A stretch of 64,000 nucleotides of DNA, taken from Aquiluna sp. GTDB lineage: Bacteria; Actinomycetota; Actinomycetes; Actinomycetales; Microbacteriaceae. Shown piece by piece: positions 55,155 through 64,000 of this stretch. Numbering within the stretch: the first letter of the stretch is position 1; every line of letters starts with the position of its first letter. The translations under genes and the position numbers were made by a program. The DNA is taken from positions 112 through 64,111 of the forward strand of contig JAPKCK010000008.1 of assembly GCA_028822985.1 (NCBI GenBank), read 5' to 3'. Below the pieces are notes generated by a model. That model ran no database searches. It was given only the letters and a program-made list of their open reading frames with translations, and was not told the origin of the DNA.

Positions 55155-58100
55155 TTGGCTGCTGCGAAAAACGCTAGTTCCATCAAGTCCGCAAAAAACT
55201 CTCGCGAAGCAATGCGACCAACATTCGCAAAGCACCCAGACCCGATAGAGATACCAGATCTACTCTCCCTTCAGACGGAGAGCTTTGATCAGTTGGTGGG
55301 CAACCCTGCATGGCGTGAAATCGCCGGCAAGGATGCTAGGACCGGTCTGGATGAGGTCTTTGAAGAAATCAGCCCAATCGAGGACAGCTCAAACGCTGCT
55401 CAAGATGCAAAAATGGGGCTTTCTTTCTCAGAGCCAATGCTGTTCGACCCGACCTACACTCCTGATCAGTGCAAGGAAAAGGGCAAGAGCTACACCAAGC
55501 CGCTTTACATCAAAGCTGAGTTCACCAACTATCTGACCGGTGAAATCAAGAGCCAGACCGTGTTTATGGGTGACTTCCCAGTTATGACCGGCAAGGGCAC
55601 ATTCATTATTAACGGAACCGAGCGAGTCGTTGTTTCTCAGCTAGTTCGTTCCCCGGGTGTTTATTTCTCGGTGTCGACTAACACCACTGGAAACCTTGAC
55701 GTTCGAAACAACAAGGCCCAGATCATTCCGAGCCGTGGTTCCTACCTAGAGTTTTTGACCGAGTGGGTCAAGGATGAGCGTAAGCCCGCTGCCAGGTTCG
55801 GAAAGCCGATCTTGCAGGTGCAGGTTGACCGCAAGACCAAGGTTTCAGCAACTATCTTTTTGAAGGCTCTTGGTTTTTCCAAGGAAGAAATTCGCGCTGA
55901 GTTCGCAGACATCAAGGCTGCAGCGCTTGCAAGCCCGCTGGGTATCAGCTACGACGATGACATCATCGAGCGCACCCTTGAATATGACGAGTCAAAGGTT
56001 TTCCCAAACGGGATCCTTACCAAGGAAGACGCTCTTCGCGAGGTCTACCGCAAAGTACGTGGCGAAGCTGCCGGTGCTGAAGTTGCCGAGGCTTGGTTGC
56101 GTTCAACATACTTCGAGGGCAAGCGTTACAACTTGGCTCGCGTGGGTCGTCACAAGCTAAACCGCAAGCTCAACATTAATCAGGCCGCAGACACTACGAC
56201 CTTGACCAGAGACGACATCGTTGCAACGTTGAAGTATTTGTTGTTGTTCGACCTAACTCTGGCCAATAACGTTTCTTCAAACACTCAGCGCGCTGAGTTC
56301 AATGTGAAGATGGCGGGCAAGAAGGTCAACCTAGTTGTTAGCTCGGACGACATCGACGATTTCTCTAACCGTCGTATTCGTTCGGTTGGTGAGTTGATTC
56401 AGAACCAGGTTCGAATCGGTCTGAGCCGCATGGAGCGTGTTGTTCGCGAACGTATGTCCACGCAGGACATTGAAGCGATCACCCCGCAGACACTTATTAA
56501 CCTGAGACCAGTTGTTTCGGCAATCAAGGAATTCTTTGGTGCCAGCCAGCTTTCGCAGTTTATGGATCAGAACAATCCATTGGCCGGTCTTGCTCACAAG
56601 CGTCGTTTGTCAGCACTTGGACCGGGAGGTATCGCTCGTGAGCGTGCCCAAATGGAGGTCCGCGACGTGCACCCTTCTCACTACGGACGTATGTGTCCTG
56701 TTGAGACTCCAGAAGGCCCGAACATTGGTCTTATCGGATCACTAACCGCTTTCAGCAAGATCAACGCTTTCGGCTTCATTGAGACTCCTTACCGTTTGGT
56801 GAAGGACAACAAGGTCGGCAAGAAGGTCGAGTACCTTGATGCCTCTGCCGAAGAGGGCAAGGTTATTGCCGGAGCTGATACTCCTTTGAATGCCGATGGC
56901 ACTTTGGTCGGCCCACGTGCATTTGCCCGTTTCCGTGGAGACATGGTTGAGGTTGCAGCCGAGGACGTCGATTACATCGACATTTCCCCTCGACAGTTGG
57001 CCAGCGTTTCAACTTCGTTGATTCCATTCCTTGAGCACGATGATTCGTCACGTGCTTTGATGGGTGCGAACATGCAACGTCAAGCTGTTCCTCTTCTAGA
57101 GGCAGAAAGCCCATTTGTTGGAACCGGCATGGAGCGCCTAGCGGCGATTGACTCCGGTGCGGTTCTGACCAATGAGCTAGCCGGTGTTGTAGAAGAGATC
57201 GATGCTGACCAGATAGTTGTGATGAACGATGATGGATCACGCTCGAACTACACTCTTCGCAAGTTTGACCGTTCAAACCAGGGCACCGCAATCAACCAGA
57301 AGGCGATTATCGAAATCGGCCAGCGAGTTGAAAAGGGCGATGTTTTGGCTGACGGCCCATCCACTGAGAATGGTGAGCTAGCGCTTGGAAAGAACCTGCT
57401 CGTGGCATTCATGCCGTGGGAAGGTTACAACTTCGAGGACGCTATCATCCTGAGCCAGGAGCTAGTAAAGAACGACACCCTCTCTTCAATCCACATCGAA
57501 GAGTACGAAGTCGATGCCAGAGACACCAAGCTTGGTGCCGAGGAAATTACTTCTGACCTTCCAAACATCTCAGTTGAAGCTCTTGCTCAGCTTGATGCGA
57601 GTGGAATTATCCGAATCGGAGCCGAAGTTCGTCCGGGAGACATCCTGGTTGGAAAAGTCACGCCTAAGGGTGAGACTGAGCTTTCGGCCGAGGAGCGACT
57701 ATTGCGTGCGATCTTCAACGAGAAATCGCGTGAAGTTCGCGACACATCTTTGAAGGTGCCTCACGGTGAGCAGGGAACCATCATTGGCGTCAAGGTATTT
57801 GACGCTGAAGAGGGCGACGAGCTCGGTGCTGGCGTGAACAAGCGTGTAGTTGTTTACATCGCCCAGAAGCGAAAGATCACCGAGGGTGACAAGCTTGCCG
57901 GTCGACACGGCAACAAGGGTGTTATCGCTAAAATCTTGCCCGTCGAGGATATGCCGTTCATGGAAGATGGAACTCCGGTTGACATCGTATTGAACCCACT
58001 GGGTATTCCTGGTCGAATGAACTTCGGTCAGGTTCTGGAATCACACCTTGGTTGGGTTTGCCGCCAGGGCTGGGACGTTTCCGGAGTCGCTAAGTGGGCA

Positions 58101-58778
58101 GATGAGATGTCGAAGGACCTCTTCAGCGCTCCAGCTGGAACTAAGGTTGCCACGCCGGTATTCGATGGCGCAACCAAGAACCAGGTTGCGGGTCTTCTAG
58201 ATCACACCTTGCCAAACCGAGACGGCAACCGCCTAATCGATGGCAGTGGTAAAGCCAACCTATTCGATGGCCGCTCTGGCGAGCCTTACCCAATGCCAAT
58301 TGCTGTTGGCGTGAAGTACATGTTGAAGCTGCACCACTTGGTTGATGACAAGATTCACGCTCGTTCCACCGGTCCTTACTCCATGATTACTCAGCAGCCA
58401 CTCGGTGGTAAGGCTCAGTTCGGTGGACAGCGATTCGGTGAGATGGAAGTTTGGGCACTGCAGGCTTACGGCGCAGCGCACACTCTCCAGGAGCTACTGA
58501 CTATCAAGTCAGACGACATCGCCGGCCGTGTTCGAACCTACGAGGCAATCGTCAAGGGCGAGAACATTCAGGCACCTGGTATCCCCGAGTCCTTCCGAGT
58601 ACTCGCAAAGGAAATGCAGTCACTGGGCCTAAACGTCGAGGTAATCGACAACAAGGGTCAAGTAGTTGTTTTGAAGGACGAGGCGTTTGAAAACGACCGC
58701 GCCGCTGAGGAACTAGGCATCAACCTGAGCCGCAACGAGCAGTTGTCATCTGACTCCGACTTCAACACCTACCAGTAA
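55155..58778 (+). CDS. rpoB: RNA polymerase beta subunit
   Basis: [66 protein letters not shown]. Confidence 0.99.
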   Translation: MAAAKNASSIKSAKNSREAMRPTFAKHPDPIEIPDLLSLQTESFDQLVGNPAWREIAGKDARTGLDEVFEEISPIEDSSNAAQDAKMGLSFSEPMLFDPTYTPDQCKEKGKSYTKPLYIKAEFTNYLTGEIKSQTVFMGDFPVMTGKGTFIINGTERVVVSQLVRSPGVYFSVSTNTTGNLDVRNNKAQIIPSRGSYLEFLTEWVKDERKPAARFGKPILQVQVDRKTKVSATIFLKALGFSKEEIRAEFADIKAAALASPLGISYDDDIIERTLEYDESKVFPNGILTKEDALREVYRKVRGEAAGAEVAEAWLRSTYFEGKRYNLARVGRHKLNRKLNINQAADTTTLTRDDIVATLKYLLLFDLTLANNVSSNTQRAEFNVKMAGKKVNLVVSSDDIDDFSNRRIRSVGELIQNQVRIGLSRMERVVRERMSTQDIEAITPQTLINLRPVVSAIKEFFGASQLSQFMDQNNPLAGLAHKRRLSALGPGGIARERAQMEVRDVHPSHYGRMCPVETPEGPNIGLIGSLTAFSKINAFGFIETPYRLVKDNKVGKKVEYLDASAEEGKVIAGADTPLNADGTLVGPRAFARFRGDMVEVAAEDVDYIDISPRQLASVSTSLIPFLEHDDSSRALMGANMQRQAVPLLEAESPFVGTGMERLAAIDSGAVLTNELAGVVEEIDADQIVVMNDDGSRSNYTLRKFDRSNQGTAINQKAIIEIGQRVEKGDVLADGPSTENGELALGKNLLVAFMPWEGYNFEDAIILSQELVKNDTLSSIHIEEYEVDARDTKLGAEEITSDLPNISVEALAQLDASGIIRIGAEVRPGDILVGKVTPKGETELSAEERLLRAIFNEKSREVRDTSLKVPHGEQGTIIGVKVFDAEEGDELGAGVNKRVVVYIAQKRKITEGDKLAGRHGNKGVIAKILPVEDMPFMEDGTPVDIVLNPLGIPGRMNFGQVLESHLGWVCRQGWDVSGVAKWADEMSKDLFSAPAGTKVATPVFDGATKNQVAGLLDHTLPNRDGNRLIDGSGKANLFDGRSGEPYPMPIAVGVKYMLKLHHLVDDKIHARSTGPYSMITQQPLGGKAQFGGQRFGEMEVWALQAYGAAHTLQELLTIKSDDIAGRVRTYEAIVKGENIQAPGIPESFRVLAKEMQSLGLNVEVIDNKGQVVVLKDEAFENDRAAEELGINLSRNEQLSSDSDFNTYQ

Positions 58779-58813
58779 TTCCGAATCTCGAATTTTCAGA
58801 AGGAAATAAACAT

Positions 58814-61800
58814 ATGTCTGTGAAAGTAGAAAACTTCAGTGCTCTTCGGGTAGGTCTTGCCACCTCGGAGGAAATCCGCTCTTGGTCATCAGGTGAAGTC
58901 AAGAAGCCTGAGACCATCAACTACCGAACTCTAAAGCCGGAAAAAGACGGCCTATTCTGCGAGAAGATCTTTGGTCCAACCAAGGACTGGGAGTGCTCTT
59001 GCGGTAAGTACAAGCGAGTTCGCTTCAAGGGAATTGTCTGCGAGCGTTGTGGCGTAGAGGTAACAAAGTCCTCGGTTCGTCGTGAGCGCATGGGTCACAT
59101 CGAGCTAGCCGCTCCTGTAACTCACATCTGGTATTTCAAGGGTGTTCCATCTCGTCTGGGTTACCTACTGAACATGGCACCAAAAGACCTAGAGAAGATC
59201 ATTTACTTTGCCGCTTACCGAGTCATGGATATTGACCACGAGATGCGAACCGCAGAGTATGACCTAGTCCGCGATGAGTACGTAACCCGTATTCGCGCGC
59301 TGATCGACGCTCGTGAAGAAGAGTTTGAGGCCGCAGCCGGCGAAGAGATCGCTGCAATGCGCGAACTTGGCTTGGTAATGCAGATCTCCAACAAGTTCTG
59401 GGAGGCACCTCGTTGGATCGAGAAGCAGTTCTCCAAGAGCCTTGAGCAGCTAATCGACTCAGAGGAAAAGGATGCGGATGCATTCTGGTCCGTCCGAACC
59501 TTGGCTCAAATGTCTGACGAAGAGCAGGACGACACCGTTGTTCGCACCACCGATGAGGCCAAGAAAATCAAGAAATTGATTGCCGACATCAAGAAGAAGG
59601 TGGACAAGATTGTCCGCGAGTACGCCCGTCTAGAGCGTCCTGCAAACCTTCACAAGGAGCAGTTGGCATGGCGTATGTTCCTAACGGCGGAAGTCGGCCA
59701 GCTAATGCCAAACGACGTGGTCTTTGACTACTTCGACTACTACTTCTCCGACTACGTAATAACTTCAATTGGTGCCGAGGCAGTCTTGCAGGTATTGGCT
59801 GCATTCGATCTTGAGGGCGCAGCTGCAGAATTGCGCGCCGAGATTGCAACCACCAAGGGCTCTAAGCAGACTCAGGCCATCAAGCGCCTGAAGGTTGTAA
59901 ACAGCTTCGCTCAGTCCGGTACTCCTCCAACCTCCATGGTGCTATCGGTTCTTCCGGTACTACCTCCGGAGATTCGCCCAATGGTTCAGCTAGACGGTGG
60001 CCGCTTCGCGACCAGCGATCTAAACGACCTTTACCGCAGGGTGATCAACCGTAACAACCGTCTAAAGCGATTCGTTGATCTAGGCGCGGTTCCAAAGACC
60101 ATCTTGAACAACGAGAAGCGCATGCTTCAGGAAGCCGTTGACGCACTGTTTGACAACGGTCGCCGCGGTCGCGCCGTTACCGGAACCGGTAACCGTGCAC
60201 TGAAGTCACTTTCTGACCTTCTAAAGGGTAAGCAGGGTCGTTTCCGTCAGAACCTTCTGGGTAAGCGAGTTGACTACTCCGGTCGTTCCGTAATTGTGGT
60301 TGGACCGCAGTTGAAGCTTCACCAGTGTGGACTTCCAAAGCTGATGGCCCTTGAGCTTTTCAAGCCATATGTAATGAAGCGTCTTGTTGACATGGGCCTT
60401 GCCCAGAACATCAAGAGCGCTAAGCGCATGGTTGAAAGAAGCCGACCACAGGTCTGGGGAGTTCTCGAGGAAGTTATTCGTGAGCGTCCAGTGCTTCTAA
60501 ACCGTGCACCTACCTTGCACCGTTTGGGAATTCAGGCATTCGAGCCACAACTGGTTGAGGGTAAGGCTATTCAGCTTCACCCGCTTGTTTGTGCGGCCTT
60601 CAACGCTGACTTCGATGGTGACCAGATGGCTGTTCACCTTCCTCTGTCAGTTGAGGCGCAGGCTGAGGCCCGCATCTTGATGCTTGCTTCGAACAACATT
60701 TTGAAGCCATCGGACGGACGTCCGGTTGCTACACCTACCCAGGACATGATCATTGGGCTCTTCCACCTAACCGCTGAAGTTCCTGGCGGCACCGGTGAGG
60801 GCCTAGCCTTCACCTCAATGGGAGAGGCCCAGATGGCCTTCGACATTGGCGGGCTTGATCTAGGCGCCAAGGTTCGAATTCGTATCGAGGGTGAATTGCG
60901 CGAGACCACATTTGGTCGTGCGCTATTCAACGAGACGCTTCCTCTTTCATACCCATTCGTGGAGATGCAAGTCGGCAAAAAAGAACTAGGCCAGATCGTA
61001 TCTGATTTGGTCGAGCTTTTCAGTCGCACCGAGGTTGCACTTTCCCTTGACGCTTTGAAGGATGCTGGATTCCACTGGGCAACCCGTGCCGGTGTTTCGA
61101 TGGCTATCTCTGATGCCAACTTCGACCCGAAGGGCACCTTCGATAAGGAGCGTGCTTCCAGGATCGTCAAGGCCGAGAAAGCTCACACCAAGATTCAGGA
61201 AGCGTTCGACAATGGTCTGAAGTCAGACCTTGAGCGTCGTGATGAGCTTGGAGCGCTTTGGTTCAAGGAGACCGCCGAAATCGAGCAGCTACTGCGCGAA
61301 TCGATCCCGACTGACAACGCAATCTACAAGATGGTCACATCTGGTGCCAGGGGTAACTGGCTTCAGATTCGTTCCATCATGGGTATGCGTGGACCGGTTG
61401 CAACTTCATCAGGTGATTTTGCTCCGATGCCAGTGAAGGGTAACTACCTATTGGGTCTAACCCCTCACGAGTACTTCATTAACGCAACTGGAGCTCGTAA
61501 GGGTAACGCTGACACCGCCATGAAGACGGCTGCAGCGGGTTACCTAACTCGTCGTCTGGTCGACGTTGCACAGGATGTCATCATTCAGATCGAGGACTGT
61601 GGAACCACTAAGGGTCTGGACAAGGACCTTCTGGATCAAGAGCAGGTTGAGCTTTCAATCGTCGGTCGTACGAATCTTGTTGACATCAAGCAGGGAAAGA
61701 CAGTTCTTCTTCCTGCCGGTGTGAACATTGATCACTCTGCGGCAAGACGCATCAAGGAAGCCGGAGTAGAAACAATCACTGTTCGCTCCGTTCTAACTTG

Positions 61801-62992
61801 TGAGGCTGAAAGCGGTATCTGCGCGGCTTGCTACGGTGTTTCATTGGCCACAAACCAAAAGGTAACTATTGGTGAGGCAATTGGAATCATCGCCGCTCAG
61901 TCAATCGGTGAGCCTGGTACTCAGCTAACAATGCGTACCTTCCACACCGGTGGAGCGGCATCGAGCGCCAAGAAGCAGACCATTCTGAAGTCAATTGGTG
62001 GCCAGAAGGTTCGTGTTGAGCGTCTGATTTCCTATGACATCACGCAGGGTCTGAACGGTGTTACTGACCTTCTAGAAGCGCGTGTTGGATGGCGTCAAGC
62101 GGGCAAGGTTGCTGTTATGGCATTCTGGGCCGGTCAGGTGGACATCGTTGAAAAGGTTTCCCTAACCGGAACCAAGAGCTTCGAGGTCTACGTTCGCCCA
62201 CAAGGTGAAAAGGCCGAGAAGGAAGCCGAAGCGCTTGCGACTCAGTACAGCTTCAGCCGTACTGCATCGAAGACCTTCAAGAAGCTAAGTCCTTACCTTC
62301 CGATCACAATTGTTGCCTCAGTTGGCGACCTAGTGGTTCAAAAGGGTGACATGGTTGACGCTGGAGATTACCTGGTTGATGGAACTCCAATTCCACACGA
62401 GGTTTTGATGATTCGTGGTTCGCGTGAAGCGGCTGCGGAAATCATCCGAGGTGTTCAGGCCATTTACGGCTCACAGGGCGTTCCGCTGCACGACAAGCAC
62501 CTTGAGGTAATTGTCCGTCAGATGCTGAACAAGGTAACCGTAATTGACTCTGGAGACACCAACATGCTTCCGGGTGAGATTATTGATCGCCAGAGCTTTG
62601 CAGGCAAGAACCGTCAAGCAGTTGCGCAGGGCAATCGTCCCGCCAGTGCTCGTCAAGAGGTAATGGGTATGACCCGTGCTTCACTTGCTGCTCAGTCTTG
62701 GCTATCGGCGGCATCCTTCCAGGAGACCACTCGAGTCCTAACCCAAGCGGCGCTAGATCGCCGTGAGGACAGGCTTGTGGGTCTAAAGGAAAACGTGATC
62801 ATCGGAAAGCTAATTCCAGCTGGAACTGGACTATTGACTTACCGCAACTTCGAAGTAGATGGAACAGAAGAGGCGAAAGCCGAGCGCTATCCAAACCGAA
62901 TCTGGTCGGACCAGGGTTACGACCCAACCGATCTAGACTCGCAGGAGCTCAGCCTGAGTGTTTCTGATCCATTTGCAATCGATGAGAAGTAA
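58814..62992 (+). CDS. rpoC: RNA polymerase beta' subunit
   Basis: Zn-finger Cys residues, NADFDGD catalytic motif, [32 protein letters not shown]. Confidence 0.99.
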   Translation: MSVKVENFSALRVGLATSEEIRSWSSGEVKKPETINYRTLKPEKDGLFCEKIFGPTKDWECSCGKYKRVRFKGIVCERCGVEVTKSSVRRERMGHIELAAPVTHIWYFKGVPSRLGYLLNMAPKDLEKIIYFAAYRVMDIDHEMRTAEYDLVRDEYVTRIRALIDAREEEFEAAAGEEIAAMRELGLVMQISNKFWEAPRWIEKQFSKSLEQLIDSEEKDADAFWSVRTLAQMSDEEQDDTVVRTTDEAKKIKKLIADIKKKVDKIVREYARLERPANLHKEQLAWRMFLTAEVGQLMPNDVVFDYFDYYFSDYVITSIGAEAVLQVLAAFDLEGAAAELRAEIATTKGSKQTQAIKRLKVVNSFAQSGTPPTSMVLSVLPVLPPEIRPMVQLDGGRFATSDLNDLYRRVINRNNRLKRFVDLGAVPKTILNNEKRMLQEAVDALFDNGRRGRAVTGTGNRALKSLSDLLKGKQGRFRQNLLGKRVDYSGRSVIVVGPQLKLHQCGLPKLMALELFKPYVMKRLVDMGLAQNIKSAKRMVERSRPQVWGVLEEVIRERPVLLNRAPTLHRLGIQAFEPQLVEGKAIQLHPLVCAAFNADFDGDQMAVHLPLSVEAQAEARILMLASNNILKPSDGRPVATPTQDMIIGLFHLTAEVPGGTGEGLAFTSMGEAQMAFDIGGLDLGAKVRIRIEGELRETTFGRALFNETLPLSYPFVEMQVGKKELGQIVSDLVELFSRTEVALSLDALKDAGFHWATRAGVSMAISDANFDPKGTFDKERASRIVKAEKAHTKIQEAFDNGLKSDLERRDELGALWFKETAEIEQLLRESIPTDNAIYKMVTSGARGNWLQIRSIMGMRGPVATSSGDFAPMPVKGNYLLGLTPHEYFINATGARKGNADTAMKTAAAGYLTRRLVDVAQDVIIQIEDCGTTKGLDKDLLDQEQVELSIVGRTNLVDIKQGKTVLLPAGVNIDHSAARRIKEAGVETITVRSVLTCEAESGICAACYGVSLATNQKVTIGEAIGIIAAQSIGEPGTQLTMRTFHTGGAASSAKKQTILKSIGGQKVRVERLISYDITQGLNGVTDLLEARVGWRQAGKVAVMAFWAGQVDIVEKVSLTGTKSFEVYVRPQGEKAEKEAEALATQYSFSRTASKTFKKLSPYLPITIVASVGDLVVQKGDMVDAGDYLVDGTPIPHEVLMIRGSREAAAEIIRGVQAIYGSQGVPLHDKHLEVIVRQMLNKVTVIDSGDTNMLPGEIIDRQSFAGKNRQAVAQGNRPASARQEVMGMTRASLAAQSWLSAASFQETTRVLTQAALDRREDRLVGLKENVIIGKLIPAGTGLLTYRNFEVDGTEEAKAERYPNRIWSDQGYDPTDLDSQELSLSVSDPFAIDEK

Positions 62993-63013
62993 CCAAGACA
63001 ACTAAAAAACCAT

Positions 63014-63043
63014 TTGACCGTTCTCACGGGCTACGGGTATGCT
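63014..63043 (+). promoter_or_regulatory. Promoter of the str operon
   Basis: TTGACC-N18-TATGCT upstream of rpsL. Confidence 0.7.
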
Positions 63044-63166
63044 TAGGGCTGGTCATGCAACTGCATGTATCAGGCCAGCTCTCGTGAATGTTCGAGATCA
63101 CGGCCAAAACCTTTGGTTATAAAGCGCCGTTCTGGCGCGCCAAAGATTAATGAACGAGGAGAACAA

Positions 63167-63538
63167 GTGCCAACAATTCAGCAGTTGGTTCGCAAGGGAC
63201 GCAGCCCAAAGGTCACCAAGACCAAGGCTCCAGCCCTAAAGGCTAACCCGCAGCAGCGCGGTGTATGCACCCGTGTGTACACCACCACCCCAAAGAAGCC
63301 GAACTCTGCGCTTCGTAAGGTGGCACGTGTCAAGCTGTCAAACGGTACCGAGGTAACCGCGTACATTCCGGGCGAAGGTCACAACCTTCAGGAGCACTCG
63401 ATGGTGCTTATCCGTGGTGGTCGCGTGAAGGACCTGCCAGGTGTTCGTTACAAGATCATTCGTGGTGCCCTGGACACTCAGGCAGTAAAAGACCGTAAGC
63501 AGGCTCGTAGCCTCTACGGCGCAAAGAAGGGTAAGTAA
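63167..63538 (+). CDS. rpsL: 30S ribosomal protein S12
   Basis: GTG start after the GAGGAG RBS; [32 protein letters not shown]. Confidence 0.99.
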   Translation: MPTIQQLVRKGRSPKVTKTKAPALKANPQQRGVCTRVYTTTPKKPNSALRKVARVKLSNGTEVTAYIPGEGHNLQEHSMVLIRGGRVKDLPGVRYKIIRGALDTQAVKDRKQARSLYGAKKGK

Positions 63539-64000
63539 TGCCTCGTAAAGGCCCAGTAGCTAAGCGCCCAGTCGCTATGGATCCGGTTTATGGTTCCCCA
63601 GTGGTGTCGCAACTAGTCAACAAGATTCTGCTCGACGGTAAGAAGTCAATCGCAGAGAAAATCGTTTACGGTGCTCTAGAGGGCACCAACGTCAAGACCG
63701 GCGACGACCCAGTAGTTCTTCTAAAGAAGGCTTTGGACAACGTCCGCCCAACAGTCGAGGTTCGTTCTCGCCGTGTTGGTGGCTCGACTTACCAGGTGCC
63801 AATCGAGGTTAAAAGCCACCGTGCTAACACCTTGGCTATGCGTTGGTTGGTTCAGTTTGCTAAGCAGCGTCGCGAAAAGACCATGACCGAGCGTCTGATG
63901 AATGAAATTCTTGATGCTTCTAACGGCCTTGGTGCCGCAGTGAAGCGTCGCGAGGACACTCACAAGATGGCCGAGGCTAACAAGGCCTTCGCTCACTACC
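63538..64000 (+). CDS. rpsG: 30S ribosomal protein S7 (runs off the window end)
   Basis: Translated by hand: [10 protein letters not shown]...[10 protein letters not shown]...[13 protein letters not shown]. Confidence 0.98.
   Translation, partial: MPRKGPVAKRPVAMDPVYGSPVVSQLVNKILLDGKKSIAEKIVYGALEGTNVKTGDDPVVLLKKALDNVRPTVEVRSRRVGGSTYQVPIEVKSHRANTLAMRWLVQFAKQRREKTMTERLMNEILDASNGLGAAVKRREDTHKMAEANKAFAHY

Noticed and set aside
56540-56640. Intrinsic rifampicin resistance
   Set aside because: The Q513, D516, H526, S531 and L533 equivalents are all wild type ([24 protein letters not shown]).
63167-63538. Streptomycin-resistance alleles of rpsL
   Set aside because: The K43 and K88 equivalents are wild type.
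1-64000. CRISPR array, rRNA or prophage
   Set aside because: No regularly spaced repeats, rRNA signatures or phage genes were found by reading.

Overview
64 kb of a gene-dense, roughly 50% GC actinobacterial chromosome. It is most likely a streamlined aquatic Microbacteriaceae of the Luna cluster (Aquiluna/Rhodoluna-like); this is inferred from the actinorhodopsin type, crtEb, the RpoB N-terminus and frequent leaderless genes. Gene order: FilP-like and histone-H1-like genes; carotenoid genes (crtEb plus a CrtI-family gene); an 8-kb operon with acetoin-dehydrogenase-like E1a/E1b/E2, SorC and GutM regulators, a glucitol-family PTS with split srlE and a DXR-II (DRL)-family reductoisomerase but no srlD; a VapBC pair; rlmN; a sugar ABC transporter; P450, nitroreductase, a 38-aa peptide and actinorhodopsin; nucleoside salvage genes; a Cu/As resistance cluster; an ISL3-derived cassette carrying a fatty-acid desaturase; an IdeR-boxed Fe3+ ABC transporter; a surface-glycan locus beside a membrane-anchored ECF sigma factor; upp/tadA/tRNA-Ser; ftsEX; rpoBC; rpsL-rpsG. 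Best candidate for an undescribed system: the PTS + DXR-II + TPP-dehydrogenase operon, which reads as uptake and reverse-MEP catabolism of a branched polyol such as 2-C-methylerythritol. Also notable are an RNA polymerase with a trigger-loop insertion and altered bridge helix, and the desaturase-carrying ISL3 cassette. No CRISPR array or rRNA was seen. Family assignments and reference numbering come from motif recognition and memory, not from database searches.
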